Source of the DNA: Paecilomyces variotii
Lineage: Eukaryota
Assembly (NCBI GenBank): GCA_004022145.1
Contig: RCNU01000002.1
Reading direction: 5' to 3' (one strand)
Length of the DNA stretch: 64,000 nt
A program made the position numbers and the translations under genes. The notes under the pieces were generated by a model, which was given only the letters and a program-made list of their open reading frames with translations, did not search any database and had not been told where the DNA came from. Below, piece by piece: positions 38,602-49,722 of this stretch; position 1 is the stretch's first letter, and every line of letters starts with the position of its first letter.

Positions 38602-40438
38602 ATCTCTCGTGGAGGAGGAGGAGTAGTGATAACACGAAGTAGGAAGAAGAATCGCAACGGCAAGGACGAGACAGTAAATAATCAGCTGGTTGTTAAGACC
38701 ACGTCTCATTGGGGGTCCACCATTAAGGTGATAATAAGGTAACTAATGATCTTGCTTCAAGAACCCCTCTACTCTAAGTATTTCTGACATCAGTCCCTTT
38801 CATAGAGTCTGTTTCTTTTCTTTTCTTTCCTTCTGAACATAATGAAAGAATTGATGATTGGGACGGCACCTAACACGATTAAGCGCTCATGACGCACTAA
38901 CTGGCGGCGGGAGAGGCTGGAGAGGCTTCTAGAAGGAACCGCAAAGAATCCCCGCAGCACTTTTCCCCCTCTTTTCTGCTGGGTGGTTTTAGAAAGGGTG
39001 AGCAAATACTCAGGAGGGAACATAAATGGTTCGAATAAATATTGGTACTGGCGATGTTATCATTCTCTACACGATCGGTTTGAGCTTCAGAGTAGTTCGG
39101 AGTTGGTCCACTGATGAATAATACCGTAGAGTACCTAAACCCCAACACATGCCTCGTATACTGTCTCCAGTTGGATACATAAGTTGAATAGTTAATGATA
39201 TCCCGATGATATTCCCTTTCCATTTACAGTATATTCCTCGTTTTACTATCCGCAGAGCCAACAGTCGTCTTCATACAGCCTGTTACTTACCGCCCCGTAT
39301 ATGGTAAAATACTCTTATTCCCAGGAGCACGTACCATAATCAGCATCGCATCAAAATAAAGATAATGCTAGCAGAATAGCGTGCTGAGAAGAGCACCGCA
39401 CCGCACCTGATTAGTTCGTGTCACGATCTACGTCTTATTTATACTACGTAGTAACAATAAGTTATAAGTTAATGACTCCACTCGAGAAAAGAATGGTCGT
39501 CATGTTTATCTACTACTGGAGGTAAACCTTCTCGATGCTGACCGAGTAACTACGTATCCTGACTACGCAAACTTCCATGTTATTAGGTACGCATTGTTCC
39601 GCGCTGATCTATATGACTTTCGATCTTTGCTGCTTCCCTGTGCATGGATTATATGTAGCCGCTGGATTAGCTAGTTGTTTGCACAGCAATATCATAGTTT
39701 TCCTCGTACGAGGTAGGATACGGGCTAAAGGTGTCGTGTAATTAAACAAAGATCTCTGACATATCTTCATCAATAATAGACTCATGCCGGAGGTGGAGTG
39801 AGACGACCCGTTCTAACTACTCCGATCTACACGAACTATGTATCAATGCGGTTATATAGAACGGGTAGCTGCAGTCGTCACCGTTTGACATCACGAAACT
39901 CAAGCCACCCAGGTATAATTAATGCTCGCTAGAATATAGTATAGTATAGCATGCCTCATGTCTAAACAGGGCTGTATACCTGCTATCATATGGTTCACCG
40001 TCGAGGATGAGAAGTATGGCATGTATCCAAATGACAGCCGGAGACGATCTTTCGGTCGCGCACAAAGCCAAGTGGGGAGATCTGGGCGAGGTTGGCCAAT
40101 CGGAGCATGCGATCGCAGCTGGACAACCAATTCAGCAAAGGCCTGGAATCGCGTCGATTCGCAAGGATGAATGAGAACGAAGAGGGCAAATCAAATAGGG
40201 AGTCGGAAAGTCGGCGACGAAGACAAAGTGGGAAACCCTTCACTTTTTTGCCGTCCCCGAGTCCTGTATAAAAGCCCATTCACACCGCCCGAGAGTGAGT
40301 CTCTATCCTCCGCTTTTCCTTCCCCGCTACTCATCTCCCCTCCAGCCCGGGTCATCGTACTGTGACGGTGCAAATCTTCCTCCTCTTATTAGTCGCTAGG
40401 TGTTTTCATACTTCCCGGCCAATAGCGGTTTGATCAAG

Positions 40439-40811
40439 ATGGCCCGCGGCAACCAGAGAGAGAAGGCGCGCGCGAAGAACCTGGCCGCCCAGCAGGAGGC
40501 AGCCAAGGTGAGTGATTCTCCATCAAGGCGCTCTTCTGACTTGCCTCCACTGGGTTTAGGATGACTGCTGACTGTCGGTGATCGAACAGAGACACAAGAA
40601 CCAGATGACTGGCTCCCAGTTCCAGAGAGCGAAGGAAGACACGGCCGCTATCATGCGTGAGAAGCAGAGACTAGGTACGGGTTCCCTGAATACTCTTCAC
40701 AAAGACGGGCGCCACTTGAGGGTACTACGGAGAAGTGATATTGACTTTTTTTTTTTCCAAACAGCCGATGAGAGAAAGGCTGCTGCTGCTGCTGCCGCCG
40801 GCAAGAAATGA
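40439..40811 (+). CDS. SERF/4F5 small EDRK-rich factor (exons 40439-40507, 40590-40674, 40765-40811)
   Basis: MARGNQREKARAKNLA...DTAAIMREKQ signature; TATAAAA at ~40267. Confidence 0.9.
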
Positions 40812-41307
40812 TGGCCGTCTTGGGCGGTCCAGAATTGTCCGGATCCCTTCATTTCTTTATCCGACCTCTCTCCTACCGCCGGTCTCGAGTCAGTCTGCGA
40901 CAGAAAGGACTATGTTGGAGAAAAATAATTTATCCTGCATACAGCCGACGGGCCGCCCGGCATAGGCACAGAGTCGGAGTGTCGCTTAAGGATATACCCA
41001 TTTAAGAATTACGATGCACATGTGGCTTCAGGGTCTGGCCCCAAAGCGTCGGATTCATTTGCTTTTTGGTTGTTAGCGAGGCGTCCATCAGCATCATAGA
41101 GCGTTCTTCCCAGACGGTGTTGCACCACACTTCCATACCCGGGATTCCAAAGATCGACTCATCTTCTTGAGACCCGTAGATTCTGGCCTTTCTGTGGGCC
41201 GTACGTATCGTAACACTTGTTTCCGGGATAATATAGATAGATGTAGCGGCTACTACCAACAAACGTCTCAGCAGGGCGGACTAGTTCTTTGCACGCCTGC
41301 TTGTTGC

Positions 41308-42459
41308 TTATGCATCTCCCCGGACTTGGTGACTGCTCCATAGAGACTTTGCCCTTGTGGACCAGGCTCTCCAGCCTTTCGGCAATAACGAAGTTGCGAT
41401 TGGTGCGCCTTTTCGAGATGGTTTGCCATTGCCAATATCGCTTTCAAGCAAGCCGAACGACTGCAGCGTCTCTAGAACTGGAAACTTCCTGGCCGCCAGA
41501 TCGATAAAGGTCCAGAGACTTTCCCCCTCCCAACCAACATGTAACGCGAATTGAAGGACCCTGCTGACTGTGTTCCTCTGCGCGTCCTCGGAGGAAGCAG
41601 CATCCAAAAGATAGAGGAGAAAACTCCATCCGGAGATGTCCTGCGGTTCAGCCAGACACCATCTCTGGCACTGATCGATCATCCATCGTGCCAGCGCCGA
41701 CGAACCGCCAGTGGGATCATCTCCGACCAGACTTCCAACCTTGTCCAGATGGCGAGATAAGATAGCATGTAGCTGGCGCATATAACTAAAGGCATAGTAG
41801 TTCCTAGGGTGCAGCTCAGCGGCACGAAGCACAACATTAAGCTCGTCTTCCAGCAGACAGCGCATTGCTTCGGGAATCGTAGCATTCCCCGTGCAGTTAC
41901 CGTATTGGATTTTGATCAATTGGTTCAAAACCCAGAATCGATGATGCCACAAGGTCGGGGACTTTGTGTGCCGGTGTAACCGTGAGCAAAGATAAGTCGC
42001 CATGAGCGTACGTTCTGTTTGGAGGAGCTCGATAAGGCGTCTATCACGCTCTTCCTGCGGCACACTCATAGAACTTTCGCTCTCAATCAAGGCCGTCAAA
42101 CGTCTTTTCCTCCAGTTGCATGCTGTCAGATATTCACAGTCAAAAAGAAGCATGACTTCCGTGGCGATAGCACGATCATCACTGAACCTGTCTCCTAAGG
42201 CTCCATTTCGAACACCGGATTCAGCCTCAGCTGAGCCGACTTCCGTGCCAGCATCCCCTGCGAGGCTCCCACCGCGGAAGAATTTCTGCCTGGCAATGAT
42301 AAAAGCCTGCGCCAAGGGTTTCTTGCCAATACCTATGCTGTTGCCATCCTGAAGGAGCGAGCCAAATGCCGGTGGGATGATTTCAAACTCCAGGATCTGA
42401 TTGTTCCTGTTTGAGAAGATCTGCTGGAGCTGCTCGTAGAACTGCTCCGGGCTTGACAT
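41308..42459 (-). CDS. Protein prenyltransferase alpha-subunit repeat protein (Ecm9/PTAR1-like)
   Basis: LTACNWRKR, HTKSPTLWHHRFW, AAELHPRNYYAFSYMR, DISGWSFL repeats. Confidence 0.8.
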   Translation of the reverse strand: MSSPEQFYEQLQQIFSNRNNQILEFEIIPPAFGSLLQDGNSIGIGKKPLAQAFIIARQKFFRGGSLAGDAGTEVGSAEAESGVRNGALGDRFSDDRAIATEVMLLFDCEYLTACNWRKRRLTALIESESSMSVPQEERDRRLIELLQTERTLMATYLCSRLHRHTKSPTLWHHRFWVLNQLIKIQYGNCTGNATIPEAMRCLLEDELNVVLRAAELHPRNYYAFSYMRQLHAILSRHLDKVGSLVGDDPTGGSSALARWMIDQCQRWCLAEPQDISGWSFLLYLLDAASSEDAQRNTVSRVLQFALHVGWEGESLWTFIDLAARKFPVLETLQSFGLLESDIGNGKPSRKGAPIATSLLPKGWRAWSTRAKSLWSSHQVRGDA

Positions 42460-42903
42460 TTGTATTCTGGAGAAGGGAATCCTGCAACTCACGCGACAAG
42501 ATGCATGTCCAGCATGTCAGTTTGTAGAGTAGTTCGACCGACAACGAACAACCCTTGAGCTGTAAGTCTAGTTAGTGAGAACGGCGCGTGGCCCGAGCGC
42601 CTCCCCGGCGCGCCTGGCCTTTTCCTTTCCCTTTCAGTGTCGCTTGACCTTCAAAACGTCATTTATGCTTCCTCTTCTCCGTCTGTCCTTTTTTTTTTTC
42701 TCTTTTGCAAACGACGCTGACGGACTGTGTCAGTCTCTCAAGTCTCTCTAAGACTCAGCTCGTGTTATCAGTCTGCTAAAGAAGGAGAGAAAGACACACG
42801 AAAAGAAGCTGCAGTCATGAGCGCTGCGAGCCAGCCTTCTGCGCGCGTGTGGGCGCCCGAAGCCGGCAAGTTGGATGCGCAACGAGACAACAAACCGGAT
42901 CCC

Positions 42904-43721
42904 ATGCTGTCTCTTATTCTAATAATCTTTTTTGTCCATCTGGCAATATACCTCGTGAACACGATCGGCGCAGCTACGATTGACAGTCTGGTACGAGCTA
43001 CCTTTCCTTTCCCGTTTTGACTTTTCGGAGCTCCATCATGCCACATGTTCGCATATGCGCTCAGCGGGCACTCAGAGTCTATATTCTGCTCTTAAATGCA
43101 CGGAGAGCTGATTTTATGGTAATATAGTTATGGATCGTCTACCTCAAACTCCCAACCGCTACGTCGAGGAATGCGAAGGAACAAGCGCGACTCAAACGTG
43201 AGGTGATACAGTTGAAGCGAGAGATGAACGCGACAAGCTCCCAGGATGAGTTTGCGAAGTGGGCGAAGCTGCGGAGGAGACACGATAAGACCATGGAGGA
43301 GTTCGAGACATTGAGTATGTACACTGTCATGTTCTTTGCAGAGAGTATATGGCTAATACGGTGGACTTTTTTGCTTCCAGACAAGATCATCGGTGCCAAC
43401 AAGAGCTCTTTCGAGTGGACCGTCAAAGTCGCACGTTGGCTTAGCACCAATGGATTCAAGCTGTTCCTGCAGTTTTACTATTCAAAGACGCCTGTTTTCG
43501 AGCTTCCACCGGGGTGGTTCCCTTACTACGTGGAATGGGTGTTGGCCTTTCCGCGGGCGCCGATGGGCACAGTCAGCGTCCAGGTCTGGGGCAGCGCCTG
43601 TGCAGCGGCCATCTCTCTGGCAGGCGATATCGTCGCATCTGCGGTGGCTCCGTCAAAGACACGAAAGGCGCAGGCTGTCCCTGCCGGCAGTGACAAAGAA
43701 GCCGACAAGAAGACGCAGTAA
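42904..43721 (+). CDS. get1: GET pathway ER insertase subunit Get1 (3 exons; an in-frame upstream ATG exists at 42817)
   Basis: [56 protein letters not shown]. Confidence 0.95.
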
Positions 43722-44020
43722 TCTTGTTATAATGAAGGAAGACAAAAAAAATACTACTCTTTGTAATTTTTTTCAATATTTGAATGGCTATATGAATGTA
43801 TATAACGGAAGAGTCATTCCATACGACCGAAGCTCGGCCGCCTCCAATCAAAATGAGGGCATTACGATGTTCGTCAGATATGATTAACAATCTTTATCGT
43901 CAACGACGCCGAGGTATATACCAGGGAATCTCTGTGCTTGACTCTATGATTGGTATATCATCACTCGAACATACCCAAATAATGTGAAGATAAATGGAGA
44001 CAAAAAAGAAAGAAAAAAAA

Positions 44021-44098
44021 GGATAGAGTCCGACCCCTTCGACAGGGTTTCTGCGAAGCAAGACACCAGATCTTTCCTCAAGATCCGTCAAACTCTCC
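44021..44098 (-). other. Unexplained 78-nt four-way-junction (cloverleaf-like) RNA element followed by a U-tract
   Basis: Minus strand: closing stem AGAGUUUGAC/GUCGGACUCU; arms GGAUCUU/AAGAUCU, UCU(U)GC/GCAGA and CCCU/AGGG; then UUUUUUUUCUUUCUUUUUU. Confidence 0.55.
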
Positions 44099-44148
44099 AC
44101 TTCACCGCTTTGCTATAAGCTACAGACTCAAAAATAAAATCTGAAATG

Positions 44149-44526
44149 AACTCCTCGCCTCAAGAATGAGCCCCATTGAGTTACCCACGCAGACCGCGAA
44201 GGATCCGCGCGAGCAATCGCATGACTATACAACCTCGACGAAAAGCAACCCAATTGAAACCCTTCTCCCCGCTCACGCCGTACCACAATTGTTTCCACCG
44301 AAGGCGTCGGGCACGATCGAAAGCAGGGGAAGGAAACAGGGCGTAAGCCGCTATCGAATTGCTTCTATGGCGGCGCGTTTCCGCATTGCCTGACAGAGCC
44401 AGTTCCTCGAAAGAGAAACCGGGCAGGATGTCCGGGGACTTTCTCCCAAAGCTTGAGATGGTATGAGTTTCCTGAAAGGAAAACTCTGTGCGTGAGCTTT
44501 GAATGCGATTCTTTGAGCGAGGAGTT
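44149..44526 (-). ncRNA. RNase MRP RNA (~378 nt)
   Basis: P1 AACUCCUCGC-UCAA/UUGAG-GCGAGGAGUU; P2 AAUCGCAU/AUGCGAUU; P3 CAAAGCU..AGCUUUG with internal loop; CR-I GAAAGUCCCCGG; P8-like UGCG-GAAA-CGCG; CR-IV AUAGUCA; P19 hairpin; CR-V CAAUGGGGCUCAUUC. Confidence 0.93.
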
Positions 44527-45175
44527 GGGAAAAGAAAGAAAGAAAAAGGAAAAGATCAGTGGGACGGGAATTTTTAAACGGGTTTGTTCGAGGAAAGTGG
44601 ATTTGGCGCTAGTCTGTTTTAGGGTAGTCATGTGACTTATATCGCTTGCCGTATTGGGATATATAGAATATCGTCCATGTTGGTTCTCGATCTCTTTTTC
44701 TGGGGGCGTATGATTTTAGATTATATAAGACAGATGGTTGTGAAAACGGCGCTACAACAAAAAGTTGTGACCTTTACTATTCGATTTTCTCAGTTTCTTT
44801 CTAACTCGGTACATACTACATACCTAGTAAAAAAGAGAGTCAGACCTGCTGGTAATGAAAGAACTATCCATATCAAAAGCATCTTCAACTATAAAGCACT
44901 CACCAGCAGACCAGAAATAACATGATTCCTGTATGGAACTGCTTCCTACATCCTAGTAAGCAAGGTATAGAATATACATCCCTGTCAATCGTCGCCCAAC
45001 CTCCCCAACACGGCAAGATCTGATCCGCAGCAGCCCACGGCTCACCGCTTGTAATTTCAGTATTGATTTATATGATTCTCATCCACTTGACTTGTATTAT
45101 TTTTTTCTCCATCAAATCATTAACCCCTCTTTCAACAAAGACACAACCCCCCCAAAAAAACAGACTCCATCCAAA

Positions 45176-45814
45176 ATGAACTTCGAAAACGCCAAAGGAA
45201 ACATGCTCAGCGTAATGGCCCCCTCTATACCACAAACCCGCACCTGCTCAGCATGCAAGAGACCCGAGCCCGCCTCACCCACTCCTTCACAGACCTTAAA
45301 GAGATGCGCCCGCTGCCATATCACCATCTACTGCTCTCGCGAGTGTCAGAAAGCGCACTGGAAAGCAGACCACAAGAACCGGTGCATATGGGGCGCGATT
45401 CGCAATAATATCTACCTCGATTCGCTTCCGGAAGAAGACGCCATGAAGCAGCTGATTGATGTGTATCGGATGCGTGTTGAGGATGATTATAAGTTTCGGG
45501 GTGATGCTCATGGTCTTTATGGATTGGAGGATCCGTTGGATGATTTCGAAGAGTTTCTTGATCTTGCGGAGGAGCAGATGGAGAAGGAAAAGGAAGATGC
45601 GGGGGGTCTTAAGAGGGCGGGGATTCTGCCTAGGTGGTGGTGCGAGGAGAAACGGAATGCTTGTGAGCGGAAGGCGATGAGAGATCCGTGGTGTCGGATT
45701 ACATATGCGGTTGAGAAGGGAGATATCCAGGAGCATTATAATGATGATATGATGCCGATGAAGCTGCGGATGTTGGGTGAAACGGTATATGGTTTCAATG
45801 TGATGACATTTTAA
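45176..45814 (+). CDS. MYND zinc-finger protein
   Basis: CSAC...LKRCARCHITIYCSRECQKAHWKADHKNRC plus LIDVYRMRVEDDY...LPRWW...MKLRMLGE domain. Confidence 0.85.
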   Translation: MNFENAKGNMLSVMAPSIPQTRTCSACKRPEPASPTPSQTLKRCARCHITIYCSRECQKAHWKADHKNRCIWGAIRNNIYLDSLPEEDAMKQLIDVYRMRVEDDYKFRGDAHGLYGLEDPLDDFEEFLDLAEEQMEKEKEDAGGLKRAGILPRWWCEEKRNACERKAMRDPWCRITYAVEKGDIQEHYNDDMMPMKLRMLGETVYGFNVMTF

Positions 45815-46098
45815 GGAAATTGGAGGGCCTTATCAGCTGAATCTTTTTCGTTCCCACCCTGCTAAGAGTCGCGTTACTTGAATGAGACCATGTGAATTCT
45901 GAGTACTTTTGCGAAAGTTCTGGAGTAAATATCCCGTGGTGGTATCCATTTTTTAGTTCCCAAATACAGACTGCAATGAAGTGCTATCATTGACGCCACA
46001 GCATACAGAACACAACCGGGTAAAGGAAAGCCAAATGTGAAAGCACATAGATACAATGATTCAAGTAACAATATAGGAAATGTAAGGCGTGAATACCC

Positions 46099-47608
46099 TC
46101 ATGCCTTGGACTTTTTCTTGGCTTTCTCAGTCTTCTTGGCCTTTTTGGCAGCAGGAGAGACCGTAGCCTCCACAGCGGCTTCATTCGACTTTGACTCAAC
46201 AGGCTCTGGTTCGGCAGCCTTCGTCTTCTTTCCCTTTCCCTTCGACTTCGGTGTGCCACTGGCCGGCTTTTCAACATCCTGAGCAGAAGCCTCGATAGTC
46301 TTGGGCTTCTCAGCTTCAACCGCTTCAGGAGCCTCCAGAGCAGGCTTCTCCTTTGTTTGCACAGGGACCTCGTCAACGCTCTTGAGCTCGGGAATCTCGA
46401 ATTCATATCCGAGCTCCTTGAGCTTCTCGAGTTTGGCAATTCTCCGTCGCTGCTCCTGCTCGATGCTCTTGGTCCACTTCGATCGGACCTTGCCGTTCTC
46501 CAAACGCTTCTTCTCGATCTTGTTCCAGGGAGTCTTCTTGAACCGCCTGTTGGCACCCTTCCAGATATCGGGATGCAGCTGTTCGTTGGGAACGAACTTG
46601 CACTTCAGAATATGACCGTACATCAGATAGTTGTTCATGGTCTCGGCAACGATTTTAGCGACAGAGGACGAGGCGAACTCGATAAATGCGTAGTGCTTAG
46701 AACGGCCAGTCACACGGTTGCGAGACAAACGTAGGCGAGTGATTTCACCGAACTGCGAAAAGTATGCGCGCATCTGGTGCTCGTAGAAACCGTGAGGAAT
46801 ACGTCTGTGATGTACCGAATTAGTATCGTGTAGTAGAACAACAGCTCACATAGAATACCGTACCCAACGTAAACTGTTCCAGTTTCCTCAGGCTGTGCAA
46901 TGCTCTTCTGCTTCTTCACAAGCTTACGCTTGAGCTTCTTCGAGTCCGGAATCTTGGGAACAGGTTTCTCGGGATCAAAGCCTTCGTCGCCGGAAGCATC
47001 CTCCTCGTCACCACTGCTCTCAAAGCCCTTGATGAGTGCGGCAGTCTGGTCATCTTCATCCTCATCATCCTCCTGCTCAGAAGCATCTGAGCTAGAAACA
47101 TCACTGAAATCTTCATTGACAATTTCCTTCTTCTTGGGCTTGCTGCTCTTCTTGGCCTTCGATTCCTTTTCCTCGGTGTCCGCAATATTCGAGTCTCCGT
47201 TTTCTTGTTCGCTCTTCTTGTCCTTCTTAGCAGACTTGGCTTTCTTGATCTCCTGCGAAGCAGTCTTGGACTGAGCATCTTCATCGTCGCTGAGGAAATC
47301 CGCTGCCCGCTTGCGGGGCTTGACTTGTCTCGCAGGCTCGCCATTGAGTTTCAAGGACGGCTTGGACGATGCGCCATTAGTCTCCACGGGGGCGGCGGCC
47401 TTCTTCAAAGCTGATTTAGCAGGCTGCTTGGACAATTCGACGGTCTTGGGTTCGGTCTTCTTCGATTTCTTCGCAGGCGGGTCGGATACCGCAGCGGCCG
47501 CAGCGGATGCCGCTGTAGATTGTTAGCAAGGCACGAGGAGCGTTGCAAAGGAAAAGTTGTGAGCATAAGTTTACCTTTGCGCTTGTTTGCTTTCTTCTCC
47601 GGTGCCAT
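46099..47608 (-). CDS. nop15: Nucleolar RRM protein Nop15/NIFK; 3 exons
   Basis: GTVYVG|RIPHGFYEHQMRAYFSQFG...RLSRNRVTGRSKHYAFIEF...ETMNNYLMYGHILKC; Lys/acidic N-terminus. Confidence 0.93.
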
Positions 47609-47797
47609 TTTTGCTCCGCTGGTTATACGACGAAGCGTTTGAAGTCGACTTGGATGGGATCAGGCACGGTAGTCGAAAGAGTGCGGAAACTTTTTTTTTT
47701 CTGGCGAGGCGGCGCCAAGACATGGAGCTTTAAGCTCTCCGCAGCGATCACTGATGGGTCTCCGCAACATCAACCATCACAATAACAGATCAATGTC

Positions 47798-48467
47798 ATG
47801 GGGAAGAAGAAGAACACGAATCGAGAGCTGACACACGAGGAGATATGGGACGACTCAGCCCTGGTCAGATCCTGGGATGAGGCCGTCGAAGAATACAAAG
47901 TGAGCCGCTCATTATGGGCATCTGTACGGTTCACGTGATCGAGATACGAGATACTAACCATTCGCCAGCTCTACCACAGCATCCACGCGAAGGGGGAGAA
48001 TATCGAAGATGTTTTAAGGCAGGCTGGTGCATCAGAGGATCTCGATTACGGTGAAGATGCGCAGACCGCAGCGGCACAGGTGGAGCCTGCCATGGCCGTT
48101 GATGACGAGTCTGAGAAACCGACTGAAGACGTATGTGGATATGTTCCTTCTTTCCTCTAGAATCTTGCTGATCAGGCAGCAGTTCAAATCGTCAAGTGCA
48201 CAGCCTTCCCAAGGAGGAGAGGGTCAGGGTATGAATCCGATTCCTAGTGGACCAAACGCCATGCCCGAGATCCTCCTGCAAGGTGAGACCACGATTCCTC
48301 CCTAAATGTTTTGCGCGGAGTGACCGGGAGCTGACAATTACTTTTTATGGCTTGAATCTGAAGGTCAGGATGAGAGCCTCAAAAATCTCATAATGGCATG
48401 GTACTATGCCGGTTACTATACCGGACTACACGAAGGACAACGACGAGCCAACCAGCGCAATTCCTGA
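47798..48467 (+). CDS. smn1: Survival motor neuron (SMN) homolog, ~156 aa (exons 47798-47899, 47969-48130, ~48180-48282, 48364-48467)
   Basis: Gemin2-binding EIWDDSALVRSWDEAVEEYK|LYHS and YG-box LKNLIMAWYYAGYYTG after hand-splicing; not captured by the ORF track. Confidence 0.9.
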
Positions 48468-49722
48468 TGTCCGCCACAGTCCCAGTTGGGATTCTGCTGG
48501 GACGCTATGAGTCTCAGGCATAGGCGAACAGAAAGTTTCGTTGGCATACTGCTTCATTCGGAAGTTACCGTTCGTTCTAATATCTTGGTCGATAATAATA
48601 TCTGCGGCACCGCAGCACTCTTGGACGGGTAGGTAGGACCCCATATCAAGCTCCATGACTGCCAGCAGAGGACACACCAAGATAGCAGTACACCCTCCTC
48701 GTTCCCCACGTGGGTGTTTGGATCAAGAAAAGTTCAACCGATGGCTGTACTGCGCAGTACTGTTCAAATGGGGCAGGAAGCTATCAGGAAGCTATAACGA
48801 CCGGTGCCAGTGTTAGAAAAAGGGACGACAAGCCACGACAAAGCCTGGCTATTATTCATAATAAATACAGGGATTAATGTCCATATCACTGCGCAGAGGA
48901 GATCTATTCGTAGACTAGCAGCCCATCGAAGTGTCTATATAGATGAAGGGGAACGGATCGACATGCCCTGAGACAAGTTGCCTCTTTCGGTGCCTCTCGA
49001 ACCCCAAAGCGAAACAGTAAGTCAGCCAGTATAGCTTGATGCGGTTGCAGAACCGTCGGCCTTGGTCAAAGAAGGCGAACAGATGGACCCGGTGGCTTTC
49101 CATCGAACCCTTCTTGGAATCTGCCGTGGCTCGTGCGACACGCCGGCGGATCTTTCGAAACGCGGCAGACGAAGGCCGAGACGCAACGCGCGACGCTTTC
49201 CCCCTCCGCTAACGCAGGATAACCCTTTACGGTTGCCGTGCACGGTTTAAGCACAAGCATCGACTGCCTCGAAAGTGTACCATTGCTGATCAGGTATGTG
49301 GAGGACGGCGAGATCTCTGCTTGTGGAACAGGAGAGCTTACGGATTTTGGTTCCTGAGACTTTCGGGCGTATGAGATTGCTGGGGAAAACTTGATGCCTT
49401 TTATAGTTCACGCGAGATATAATCATGGCCTTCCCACCGGTCATCGCGATTGTCTCTTTTCTGTTCCTCTTCTTCGTTCCCAAACCAACCGTCTTACCTG
49501 TATTTACGTTTCTCTCCTTAGTCCCTCTCGTTCACTTCCATTCTTTTCTTCCTTTCGTGTCACGAGCAGGCCCTCGAGAAGTATATATTGCACGTTCCTT
49601 CGGTTCTTAATACTGCAGTGCACTCCACTCCCTGGTCGGATTTCTGTGAATTCTGCTGGAAAATCGCTTCAGATTTTCGATCTTCGGCATTGTCGAAAAG
49701 CAAAAAATACAAGATTATCATA

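Noticed and set aside
44021-44098. Canonical tRNA gene
   Set aside because: No TRGYNNARYGG A box, no GGTTCRA B box, no 7-nt anticodon loop.
44166-44635. Short ORFs on both strands
   Set aside because: They overlap the RNase MRP RNA and show no protein motifs.
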